A program made the translations under genes and the position numbers. Below the pieces are notes generated by a model that was not told the origin of the DNA, searched no databases, and saw only the letters and a list, made by a program, of their open reading frames with translations. From Rhodothermales bacterium (GTDB lineage Bacteria > Bacteroidota > Rhodothermia > Rhodothermales > JAHQVL01), in assembly GCA_034439735.1 (NCBI GenBank), contig JAWXAX010000076.1, positions 536-64,535 on the forward strand: a stretch of DNA of 64,000 nt. The letters are read 5' to 3'. This document shows positions 8,612 through 17,646 of this stretch, in pieces (position 1 is the stretch's first letter; each line of letters opens with the position of its first letter).

Positions 8612-9934
8612 ATGATTCGTCTCCAGACCGCTTCAGCCGCAGCATTTCTAGAAAAAGATGCCCTGGCCGCCCTGCGCCCGCGCATCGTGGCCGCACACCG
8701 CACCCTGCTCGAGAAGCGCGGCGCAGGTAGCGAATTCCTCGGCTGGAGAGACCTGCTCTTGCAGCCTAACGACGCGCTCCTGGAGGATATCGCGACCAAG
8801 GCCGACGAGATTCGCCGGAAAGCCGACGTCCTCGTCACTATCGGCATCGGGGGCTCGTACCTCGGCTCGATGGCCACGATCCAGGCCCTCACGCCCTACT
8901 TCAACGCCAGGCCGGCCATGGCCTCCACAACCGGCGGCGCCCTGGCGGATGATCGCGAGGAGAGCCCCGAACTCCTCTTCGCCGGCCACCACATGAGCGG
9001 CGCGTATATCCGCCAGCTCCTCGCGCACCTGGAAGGCAAATCGGTCTACCTGAACGTCATCTCCAAAAGCGGTACCACGCTCGAACCGGCGCTCGCCTTC
9101 CGCTTCCTGCGGGCCTGGATGGAAGAGCGGTATACGGACGTCAACGAGCGCATCATCGTCACTACCGACCCCGACAGCGGGGTGCTGAATCAGCTCCAGA
9201 AAGAACGCGGTTACAAGAAATACGTCATCCCGCCGGATGTAGGGGGGCGCTTCTCGGTCCTCACGCCCGTCGGGCTGTTGCCTATCGCCGTGGCCGGCGT
9301 GGATATCCGCTCGCTGTTCTATGGGGCCGTTTCGGCCTGTAAGACCTACTCGGAGGCCACGGAGGACAACATTGCCCTGCAGTACGCCGGCTACCGGTAC
9401 CTGCTCGCCCAGCGCGGCTACGCCACCGAGGTGCTCGCGACCTTCGAGCCGCGCCTTAGCGGCATCGGCGGCTGGTGGCAGCAGCTATTCGGCGAAAGCG
9501 AGGGCAAGGAGCATAAAGGCCTCTTCCCGGTGTCCCTCCAGTATTCTACGGACCTCCACTCGGTCGGGCAATACGTCCAGGAAGGCCAGCGCAAACTCAT
9601 CGAAACCTTCCTCATGGCCGAAGACGACGAGGGGGATGTGGTGGTGCCGGCGCTCGAGGGGAATCTCGACAAACTCAACTACCTCGCCGGCAAGACCTAC
9701 TCGGAAATCAACCGAAAGGCCTACGAAGGCACCGCCAAAGCCCATACGGATGGCGGCGTCCCGAACATGACGCTCTGGCTGAAAGACATCTCGCCGAACA
9801 CGATCGGCGCCGCCTACTACTTCTTCGAACACGCCGTCGCCGTCAGCGGCTACCTCCTGGGCGTCAACCCGTTCGATCAGCCCGGCGTCGAAGCCTATAA
9901 AAAGGAGATGTTCAGTCTGCTCGGGAAGCCGTGA
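8612..9934 (+). CDS. pgi: glucose-6-phosphate isomerase (short, Bacillus-type)
   Basis: 440 aa. GIGGSYLG, ISKSGTTLEP and FDQPGVEAYK motifs. Confidence 0.9.
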   Translation: MIRLQTASAAAFLEKDALAALRPRIVAAHRTLLEKRGAGSEFLGWRDLLLQPNDALLEDIATKADEIRRKADVLVTIGIGGSYLGSMATIQALTPYFNARPAMASTTGGALADDREESPELLFAGHHMSGAYIRQLLAHLEGKSVYLNVISKSGTTLEPALAFRFLRAWMEERYTDVNERIIVTTDPDSGVLNQLQKERGYKKYVIPPDVGGRFSVLTPVGLLPIAVAGVDIRSLFYGAVSACKTYSEATEDNIALQYAGYRYLLAQRGYATEVLATFEPRLSGIGGWWQQLFGESEGKEHKGLFPVSLQYSTDLHSVGQYVQEGQRKLIETFLMAEDDEGDVVVPALEGNLDKLNYLAGKTYSEINRKAYEGTAKAHTDGGVPNMTLWLKDISPNTIGAAYYFFEHAVAVSGYLLGVNPFDQPGVEAYKKEMFSLLGKP

Positions 9935-9942
9935 TCGGGTAT

Positions 9943-10010
9943 GGGAGGATGGGGGTGTGGGTAGACGCTCTTGAAGTAGCATACCCCCAACTCACACACC
10001 CCATACTCCC
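9943..10010. terminator. long imperfect G/T-rich : C/A-rich hairpin between convergent pgi and transporter genes (possible bidirectional terminator)
   Basis: GGGAGGATGGGG-GTGTG-GGTA (9943-9963) pairs with TACC (9982-9985), CACAC (9993-9997) and CCCCATACTCCC (9999-10010). No U-tract. Confidence 0.4.
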
Positions 10011-10017
10011 ACACCCC

Positions 10018-12219
10018 TCACACCAGCGCACTCTCATACCCCGAGTCCCGGACAAAAATGCAGGACGACTCGGTGCGCTCGGGCATCCGGGAGATAAACG
10101 CCAGGTCGACGTGTTCCTGCACGCCGAAGATGGTGATATCGGCCTGGGGGACCTGCTTGAGAAAGGCGTCGAAGACCCCTACGCCTACGATGGGTACGGT
10201 GGACGCCGGCATCCGCCCCAGATCCATCAGCGAACGCAAATAGTGTTCGGCGTTGGCTTTCTCCGAAGCGTCGGCAACGACGGTGATCAGGTTGATCCGC
10301 CCGTTCCAGTTCCGCGCCAGCTGATAGGCCAGCAGGAGCGACAGGTCGAGGTTGGGCAACCGCAGGCCGATCTGCCACTCCGGGCTCTGCTCGCGCATCC
10401 ACACGTTGATCGTCTGCTCCTGACCCAGCGCCGTGTCCGGGCGATCGACATACAGGATCAATCCGAGTTGGTTCAGCGCCGCCTGCTCGGCGATGAACTG
10501 AAGCTTGCCTCGCGTCATCTCCGGCACGATCGGTAGAAACAGGGTATTGGGCCGGAAAAAAGAGCTGGTCGACATCTCCATCGCCGTCTGCAACGTGTAG
10601 CGGAAACCCCTGGACTGGAGCAGCGCGATGCGGGTGAAAATGCCGTCGTTTGCGAACGCCTGCCGATAACTGTGGAGGCCGGCGAGGTGCTCCTTCGTCT
10701 CGTCCGAATAAATGCCCACGATGTGGACTGAACCATTCGGCTTGGTGATCGCCCCCAGAAACCGGTAGCTATACCGGATGGCCGCGGCGGACTGGACGGG
10801 CACGAGCAGGCTCGGCTTCCAGGCGCGGTCCTGACCCGAAGGGAGACTCAACGTCTGCTTCGCCGCCCATTCCGCCACCGTCACGAACATGCCGCTCCGT
10901 ACATCGCTCCAGGGAGTGGTCAGACGCCGCTTCGAGATAAACTGGTATACAAAAAAGATCACGACCGTCGCCACCAGGCTGAAGATCGGGTTGATGAGGT
11001 ACATCGCCGACACCGAGCCGGCCAGCCCGACCAACGGAACCAGCCGTGGGATGACGAACAAAGGCCGAAAACTGGTCAGACGAAGCGACTGTTCGATCAA
11101 CACGACCGCGTTTAAGACGGCATAGGTGATCAGGTTGAACATCGTCATCAGCGGGGCAATTCGGTTTAAGCCATCTCCCGATAGGCCAAACAGGATCGTA
11201 GCCACACCGATCAAGCCGGTCAGATAAAGTGCCGGACGGGGTTCCCCCGTACGCGGCACGTTCGCCAGCTTCTTCCCGAACGGCACCACGTCGTGCGCCG
11301 CCATGGCCTGTAATACCCGCGGCGCTCCGACAAGTGAGTTGAGCGCCGCCGAAAAGGTGGCCGCCAGAATACCGGCCTGGATCGCCCATCCAAACGCCGC
11401 CTTCTCCACCATTACGGCCAGATTGCCCACCAACTCCTCCGGCGTGGCCACGATGGATACCCAGTAGGCCAGGGAAAGGTAGATGATCAGCGAAAGGATG
11501 ATCGCGCCCATCGTGCCGGCGGGTATGCTGATGCGCGGATTCTTAAGCGTTCCCGAGAGATTAACCCCCGTGAGAATGCCGGTAACGGCCGGAAAAAAAA
11601 CGGCGAACACCACCCAGAACGACCCTTGGGAGAAGCTGCCCCACAGTTCGGGCCGCTCGAGCGGGGTTTCCCGGAACGGAGCAAACGTCCCCATAAAGGC
11701 GGCAACAAGCGAGAGGGCGATCACAAACACGATCGTGTAGCGAAGCCTCGCCACGAATCCCATGCTGATATACGCCACCATGAAACACGCCGCATAGGCC
11801 GCAAAAAGCACGATCACGGGTGGGTGAGCCGGGAAAATCGTTAACCACCCCTCGGTAAAGGCAAAAATATAAAAAGCCACCGAGATCGATTGCGCGATGT
11901 ACAGGGGGATGTTGACGCTTCCGCCAACTTCAAGCCCCAGAGCCTGCGAGATGATCGAGAACGACCCGCCGGCTCCCACTCGGATGTTGGTCGCCACCGT
12001 CGATATGGACAGCCCCGTGCAGAACGTGATAGTATTGGCCATCAGGACGATGAGCAACCCGCCCAACAGCCCGGCATTTCCCACCACCCAGCCGACACGC
12101 AGATACATCACGGCGCCCAGGATCGAAAGCAGGGTAGGCAGAAACACGCCCTGGAAGGTGCCAAACTTCTTGCCCTCGTCGGACTCCGCGGAAGGTAGAA
12201 AGGGGACGCTGGGTTGCAT
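10018..12219 (-). CDS. cation:chloride cotransporter (SLC12/CCC)-like APC-superfamily transporter with large cytosolic C-terminal domain
   Basis: 733 aa. N-terminal FGTFQGVFLPTLLSILGAVMYLRVGWVVG closely resembles the first-TM signature of NKCC/KCC proteins. About 12 TM segments, then a soluble domain of roughly 250 aa. Confidence 0.8.
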   Translation of the reverse strand: MQPSVPFLPSAESDEGKKFGTFQGVFLPTLLSILGAVMYLRVGWVVGNAGLLGGLLIVLMANTITFCTGLSISTVATNIRVGAGGSFSIISQALGLEVGGSVNIPLYIAQSISVAFYIFAFTEGWLTIFPAHPPVIVLFAAYAACFMVAYISMGFVARLRYTIVFVIALSLVAAFMGTFAPFRETPLERPELWGSFSQGSFWVVFAVFFPAVTGILTGVNLSGTLKNPRISIPAGTMGAIILSLIIYLSLAYWVSIVATPEELVGNLAVMVEKAAFGWAIQAGILAATFSAALNSLVGAPRVLQAMAAHDVVPFGKKLANVPRTGEPRPALYLTGLIGVATILFGLSGDGLNRIAPLMTMFNLITYAVLNAVVLIEQSLRLTSFRPLFVIPRLVPLVGLAGSVSAMYLINPIFSLVATVVIFFVYQFISKRRLTTPWSDVRSGMFVTVAEWAAKQTLSLPSGQDRAWKPSLLVPVQSAAAIRYSYRFLGAITKPNGSVHIVGIYSDETKEHLAGLHSYRQAFANDGIFTRIALLQSRGFRYTLQTAMEMSTSSFFRPNTLFLPIVPEMTRGKLQFIAEQAALNQLGLILYVDRPDTALGQEQTINVWMREQSPEWQIGLRLPNLDLSLLLAYQLARNWNGRINLITVVADASEKANAEHYLRSLMDLGRMPASTVPIVGVGVFDAFLKQVPQADITIFGVQEHVDLAFISRMPERTESSCIFVRDSGYESALV

Positions 12220-12340
12220 GCAAGCTCGCGTGAAAAGGAATAAAGGCGCACGACGGCGCCTACAACATGCCCGGAGGAGCGCGGTGTTTCCTCACCGCCC
12301 CGGCTCAAGAGAATTTCGCCAGGAACGTTCCAAAACAACG

Positions 12341-12756
12341 TGTGGATTGGTGTACAACCCTGTGGATAAGTGGTGCCAAACCGCCTCGCCGCGAAGACGG
12401 CGACGGACGATGTGTGAACCGGTGGAAAAAAGTGCCGCCGGCCAACAACATGTCCCGACCAATCCACAACCACCTCGCATGTGTACAACCAACGCCCCCC
12501 AAACGCCTGCCCTCATGTGGAAAGCTGTGGATACGTGGAAAGCTTTCACACATCGGCCCGGCGTAGGGGGAAAACCGATACACCACAACGGTCAATACCT
12601 GTGGAGATTCGGGGGATAGAGGTCGTACTTTCCAACATCCCCAGAACGGGAACGTGCACAACCTGTTTGTCCACTTTTCCACATTCCCTACTACTATCCC
12701 TATTACCCTTATATATTAACTTATCTACTAATAGGGATCTCCGGATGTGTGGATAA
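12341..12756. other. DnaA-box cluster with adjacent AT-rich tract: candidate oriC or DnaA-titration/regulatory locus
   Basis: Perfect TGTGGATAA at 12361-12369 and 12748-12756. TGTGGATTG at 12341-12349 and (minus strand) 12460-12468. TGTGGATAC 12526-12534, TGTGGAAAG 12516-12524, TGTGGAGAT 12600-12608. Tandem TTGTCCACT/TTTTCCACA 12667-12683, then CTACTACTA and an AT-rich stretch to 12735. No credible ORF in 12220-12807. Confidence 0.6.
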
Positions 12757-12807
12757 GCAAGACTTTCCCGCCTTCTGGCACTTTCTACCACCTCGCCTCG
12801 CCGAACC

Positions 12808-13650
12808 ATGATCAAACGCATCCTCGTTGCCCTGGACCCGGACGCCGATACCCCGATCGCCAGTCGATACGCGATCGAAATCGCTCAACTCCACGATGCC
12901 GAAGTTACAGGAATTGCCTGTATCGACCTGGAAGCTATCGGTTCGAGTACCGCCGGTGGCGGAATCGGCAGCATGTACTACGCGGAGCGGCTGCGGGAAC
13001 GGCTCACAAAAGAAACCCGGGCTCGTGCGCTGGAACTGATCGGACAGTTCAACGCCGCCCTTTCAGACGCCGGCGTACGCCATCGGGAGGAAGTCCAGGA
13101 AGGCGTACCCTTCGATCGGATTCTGGAGGATATGAAATACCACGACCTACTCATCATCGGTCGAGACCCTCATTTTTTCTATGGCCACCCGAACGTACGT
13201 ACGGAAACGCTGGTCAGGATCGTGAAAGGGACCTCCGCGCCGGTGTTCATCGTCGGCAACGTCCACCTGCCCATCACGCGGGTTGTGATCGCCTACGATC
13301 GCAGCGTGGCCTCCGCCCGCGCCATGCAGCGATTTGCCCAGTTTAACCCGTTCGGCAAGGACCTGGAGATCCAGGTGGTGCACGTCTCCCGAGAGCGAGA
13401 ACATACGGAATCCGAACTCCTCCTCACCCTGGCGACCGGCTATCTGGGAGCTCACGGCTTCCGCGCAAAGGGGCTGAGTATCGTTGGCGACGAGCCTAAA
13501 AAAGAGATCCTGGATTATGCGGTCGCTTTTAAGGCCGATCTCGTGGTCGCCGGCGCCCATTCGCAACACATGCTCCAGAAGCTGGCGTTCGGATCCACCA
13601 CGGAATCGCTCCTCGAAGACAGCCCGATTCCGCTGTTCCTGGAGAGTTGA
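12808..13650 (+). CDS. universal stress protein (tandem UspA domains)
   Basis: 280 aa. Two Usp-like halves (MIKRILVALDPD..., ITRVVIAYDRS...) with C-terminal VVAGAHS...GSTTESLL motif. Confidence 0.85.
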   Translation: MIKRILVALDPDADTPIASRYAIEIAQLHDAEVTGIACIDLEAIGSSTAGGGIGSMYYAERLRERLTKETRARALELIGQFNAALSDAGVRHREEVQEGVPFDRILEDMKYHDLLIIGRDPHFFYGHPNVRTETLVRIVKGTSAPVFIVGNVHLPITRVVIAYDRSVASARAMQRFAQFNPFGKDLEIQVVHVSREREHTESELLLTLATGYLGAHGFRAKGLSIVGDEPKKEILDYAVAFKADLVVAGAHSQHMLQKLAFGSTTESLLEDSPIPLFLES

Positions 13651-13675
13651 GGGAGGGCGGGGAATGATTGTCAGG

Positions 13676-16102
13676 TCAATCGGCGCGCCAGTCCCGGCGG
13701 ACGATGTGTTTCCCATCGCTCACGAGCCAGATGGCCCCTTCCTCCGAGGTCTGGAACAGGAGCATCCCGTGGGCCGGCCAGCGCGCGATCACCTCTTCGT
13801 CCGGTAATCCGTACCGGTTGCGCTTCGCCACGCTTACAATGGCCACCCCGGCTTCCGTGGCCACGTAGGGGACAAACCACGCCGCGCTGCTGGTGGAGGA
13901 ACCATGATGGCCCACTTTGACCACATCGGAGGCTAGCAGATGAGGGTATCGGGCAACGAGGGCCCGCTCCCCCTCTTCCTCTGCGTCGCCGGTGAACAGG
14001 AATCGCGATTCGCCATACTGGAGGCGCAGCACGACCGAGGACTCGTTTACATTCTCATGCGCGCGCAACGCCGGCGCCGGGCCCGCCACGAACACGTGGA
14101 CTGTGGGATCCAGCGCCAGGGTGTCGCCGGCACTCAACACCTGTACCGAAACGCCCAGGCTATCGGCCAGGCGGTCCACCTCCTCCATGAGGTCGCTGGT
14201 ATACGCGGCGCCGCTGACGAGCAGCCGGCCGATCCGCACCCCCCGTAGCAACGTTGGGAGCCCCCCCATGTGGTCGTTGTGCGGATGGGTGATGACCACG
14301 TCATCGATCCGACGGAGGCCATACCGACGGAAATGGGGCAACAACGTCCGCTCGCCCTGATCGATATACGGGTCGGCGGGGCCGGCGTCGACGAGTAGCG
14401 TCCGTCCTCCGGGCATCCGTACCAGCGCGGCGTCGCCCTGGCCGACGTCGAGGTATACAACGGACAGTTCAGGGGCGCGCAGGACGGAGCCGAATTGATG
14501 GCTGGCGAACAACGCGAGGGCCGCGATGGCTGCCCGCCAGCGCCAGCGGGCGGCCATCGCTGTATACAGCGCCACCACACCGGCAACCAGCGCCGCAGCC
14601 GGCAGCGGATGGATGAGCGCCAGTGATACATTGAGCAGCGGCATCCAGCGATCCCCCCAGGCGGCAACGGATAACACAAACAGGGAGGCGGTCTCTGCCA
14701 CGGCGCCAAAGGCGGAAGCCACACCCAAACTCATCGGGCTAGCGAGCAGGGTCAGAATACCACACGCCAGAGCGAGCGATGCGGCGGGAATCGATGGGAT
14801 GTTAAGGAGGATGCCAGCCAGGGCGACCTGCCCGAACTGATGCATCATCACCGGGGCCGTCCCGAGTGTCGCGGCGGCGGACACCAACACCATATCCACC
14901 AACCAGGTCCGCACCTTCCCGGCGCGCCAGGCCTCGGGCAGTGCCTCCTGCCACGCCGGCACAAACAGCACAATCGCGGCGACGGCGGCAAACGAAAGCT
15001 GGAAGCCGGCATCAAACAGGACCCCGGGATTTACGATCAGCAATACCGCCCCCGCCACACTCAGTGCGTTGATCGGGTAACTCGGCCGCTGGAGGACGTG
15101 GCCGCCCAGAAAGGCGCCGGCCATCGTGACGGCCCGCACAACCGAAGGGGCCGCCCCCACCAGCAGGGCGTAGCACGTGAGTACCAGCAAGGTCAGCACA
15201 CTGCGCAACCACTCCATACCCCGCCATCCCAGACCGGCCCGAATGGCAAATGGCCCCAGATGACGGTACAAGAGCATGCCCACCAGCAACACGTGTAATC
15301 CGGATACAGCCAGCAAGTGAGCCAGACCCGTCCGCGCGAGCTGTCCGCGACGCTCCTCGTCCATGTTGTCCCGGCTGCCCGTCAGCAGCGCCTCCAGAAT
15401 GGCGCGAGCTTCCGGATGCACCACATGGAGCCCGAGAGCGGTGAGCATGAAGCGCCTGAGCCGACCCAGAAACCGGGCGACCGGGCGAGGCTGATCGACG
15501 ATGTGGATATCGGACCGGGAGGGCACCGTCCCGACACTCCGCACACCCTGGCGCAGCAGGTACTCCCGATACGAAAAGTCAGCCGGGTTGCGGCGTTCGG
15601 AAGGGACGGCCAGCCGGGCTTTCACTTCGATGCGCTGGCCGGCCCCCAACTCCGGCATAGCCTCTCGTAGCGTAAGGCGGACGCGGCCTCGAACCGGGTC
15701 TTTTTCCGGCCCGACCGCCTCCAACTCCAAGGTAAACCCCGTCCGCACCGAATCCCGCCGCGGTGCACTCACCACGTGGCCGTGAAGCAGCGTCTCGGGG
15801 GAGAGAAGGCCTATCCGGCGGGCTACCTCATCCGACGACGCATAGCCATATCGCGCCATATAACCAGCCGCTCCAAGCCAGACGGCCGCGATCACGACCA
15901 GCGCGGTGGCGAGTAATGGCGCCGGGGAAATGAAGGTCTTGCGGAAGAACGTGAACACGGCCAGGGCCGTCCCGGCGCATGCCACACCGGCGCCAAGGCA
16001 CAGGGGCATCACGCTCGCCGGCACGAGACGACCCACCACAACGCCCGTAGCCAGCCCCAGGGCGAGGTAGAGGGCGGGATATCGATGGAGGCGAGGCGTC
16101 AT
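13676..16102 (-). CDS. comEC: DNA internalization-related competence protein ComEC/Rec2
   Basis: 808 aa. Multi-TM competence domain followed by metallo-beta-lactamase domain (DVGQGDAALV, HPHNDHMGG). Confidence 0.9.
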   Translation of the reverse strand: MTPRLHRYPALYLALGLATGVVVGRLVPASVMPLCLGAGVACAGTALAVFTFFRKTFISPAPLLATALVVIAAVWLGAAGYMARYGYASSDEVARRIGLLSPETLLHGHVVSAPRRDSVRTGFTLELEAVGPEKDPVRGRVRLTLREAMPELGAGQRIEVKARLAVPSERRNPADFSYREYLLRQGVRSVGTVPSRSDIHIVDQPRPVARFLGRLRRFMLTALGLHVVHPEARAILEALLTGSRDNMDEERRGQLARTGLAHLLAVSGLHVLLVGMLLYRHLGPFAIRAGLGWRGMEWLRSVLTLLVLTCYALLVGAAPSVVRAVTMAGAFLGGHVLQRPSYPINALSVAGAVLLIVNPGVLFDAGFQLSFAAVAAIVLFVPAWQEALPEAWRAGKVRTWLVDMVLVSAAATLGTAPVMMHQFGQVALAGILLNIPSIPAASLALACGILTLLASPMSLGVASAFGAVAETASLFVLSVAAWGDRWMPLLNVSLALIHPLPAAALVAGVVALYTAMAARWRWRAAIAALALFASHQFGSVLRAPELSVVYLDVGQGDAALVRMPGGRTLLVDAGPADPYIDQGERTLLPHFRRYGLRRIDDVVITHPHNDHMGGLPTLLRGVRIGRLLVSGAAYTSDLMEEVDRLADSLGVSVQVLSAGDTLALDPTVHVFVAGPAPALRAHENVNESSVVLRLQYGESRFLFTGDAEEEGERALVARYPHLLASDVVKVGHHGSSTSSAAWFVPYVATEAGVAIVSVAKRNRYGLPDEEVIARWPAHGMLLFQTSEEGAIWLVSDGKHIVRRDWRAD

Positions 16103-16356
16103 GGTGGGGATCTCCTTTTCCCTTCAAGACGCTTTTTTGGGGGCCGGCATACCCTCGACCGGCCCGATGGCGCATACCGGAAGCTGGATTTTTTTAGAAC
16201 ATGGGGTGAAATCCCCCCCACTGATGAGAACCATTCGTGTATTGATGAATTGTAACCACCGGTTTAGTTTGCGGCCTCCACCTCCCGGTTGAGTCGTGCA
16301 TCATGCACGGTGCAGGTAAGCATCCATCACAATTTTCAACGATGATGTGACGCGGT

Positions 16357-16836
16357 ATGAGCAGCCGACGCATTGTGAGAGAGCGGGTCATGCAGGCGCT
16401 GTATGCCTACAAGCTGGCCGGCGGGGACCCTCAACACTGCATCAACACAGTGCTGAAGCCCGATTTGGAGGAGAGCGAAGCTAATCTGAAGTTTGCTACG
16501 GCCCTTTTTCTCCGTTCGCTCGATTTCTTTGATGTGGCCGACGAAATCATCGCCAATCATACGCAGAACTGGGAGGTCTCGCGTATTGCATTGATCGACC
16601 GCCTCCTCCTGGTCATGGCGATCTGCGAGTTCTTATCCTTCGAGGACATCCCGCCCAAGGTATCCATCAACGAAGCGATCGAGGTGGCCAAGAAGTACAG
16701 TACGTCGCGAAGCGGTAAGTTCATCAATGGCATCCTGGATGCCGTGCTTCTCGATCTGCAGAAAGAGGGAAAGCTGAAAAAATCAGGGCGTGGGCTGGTC
16801 GGCATGGATACGATTCAAAGCCGAATCGTCACGTAA
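16357..16836 (+). CDS. nusB: transcription antitermination factor NusB
   Basis: 159 aa. RERVMQALYAY..., IDRLLLVMAICEF, NEAIEVAKKY, KFINGILD are typical of NusB. Confidence 0.9.
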   Translation: MSSRRIVRERVMQALYAYKLAGGDPQHCINTVLKPDLEESEANLKFATALFLRSLDFFDVADEIIANHTQNWEVSRIALIDRLLLVMAICEFLSFEDIPPKVSINEAIEVAKKYSTSRSGKFINGILDAVLLDLQKEGKLKKSGRGLVGMDTIQSRIVT

Positions 16837-16839
16837 AAA

Positions 16840-16870
16840 GGCGCCGGCGTGTTTTCTGGCGCCATCTTTA
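16840..16870 (+). terminator. stem-loop after nusB (intrinsic terminator candidate)
   Basis: GGCGCCGG (16840-16847) / CTGGCGCC (16856-16863), loop CGTGTTTT, followed by ATCTTTA. Starts 4 nt after the TAA stop. Confidence 0.5.
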
Positions 16871-16891
16871 AGCCATCTTGTGATCGGATAA

Positions 16892-17554
16892 ATGGGCCTC
16901 ATTGCGATCGGGGATATACATGGGTGTGTAAAAACGCTCGATGCCCTTCTGGAACAACTCTCCCCCCGAGAAGACGATCACCTCGTGTTTATCGGGGATT
17001 ATATCGATCGCGGGCCCGATTCGAAGGGAGTGATCGATCGGTTGATCACGCTCGCCGAAACCGTTCCCTGTACGTTTTTGCGAGGCAATCACGAAGTATT
17101 TCTCCTCAATCACTTTGACGGCAACCGGCACGACGACGAGGTGTGGTACCTCAACGGCGGCCGGCAAACCATGAAAAGCTACGCGGATGGATCCGGTCGC
17201 GAGTCTCTTCCCGAATCCCATCTGCAGTTCATCCGCGATACAAAGCTTTATCTGGACACTGGGGAGTTCTTTTTTGTACACGCCGGCCTCCAACCCCATA
17301 TAAGCGTCGCCGAAAACCTCCGCCACCCGTCTGAGAAGACCTTCCTGTGGGATCGCTCGCACTTCTCGGCGCGCTTCCTGGTATGGGAGAAAACGGTCGT
17401 CTGCGGGCACACACCCCACCCTGAGCCGATCAACCACCGCCAGTTGATCAGCATCGATACCGGTTGCGTGTATTACATGTATCCGGGCATGGGGCGCCTC
17501 TGTGGTGTCCGCTTGCCGGAGCGGGAGTTCGTGATGGTAAACTACATAGGCTGA
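16892..17554 (+). CDS. metallophosphoesterase, PPP-family Ser/Thr phosphatase (ApaH/PrpE-like)
   Basis: 220 aa. GDIHGC, GDYIDRGPDS and GNHE motifs. Confidence 0.85.
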   Translation: MGLIAIGDIHGCVKTLDALLEQLSPREDDHLVFIGDYIDRGPDSKGVIDRLITLAETVPCTFLRGNHEVFLLNHFDGNRHDDEVWYLNGGRQTMKSYADGSGRESLPESHLQFIRDTKLYLDTGEFFFVHAGLQPHISVAENLRHPSEKTFLWDRSHFSARFLVWEKTVVCGHTPHPEPINHRQLISIDTGCVYYMYPGMGRLCGVRLPEREFVMVNYIG

Positions 17555-17646
17555 CGCCGGCGTAACGGAACATTCGCGCGACGCTGTTATTCCTTGCGCT
17601 TGCTTTCTGCGCCCCATCCGCCATCACTCACGCAATCTGAACGTTC

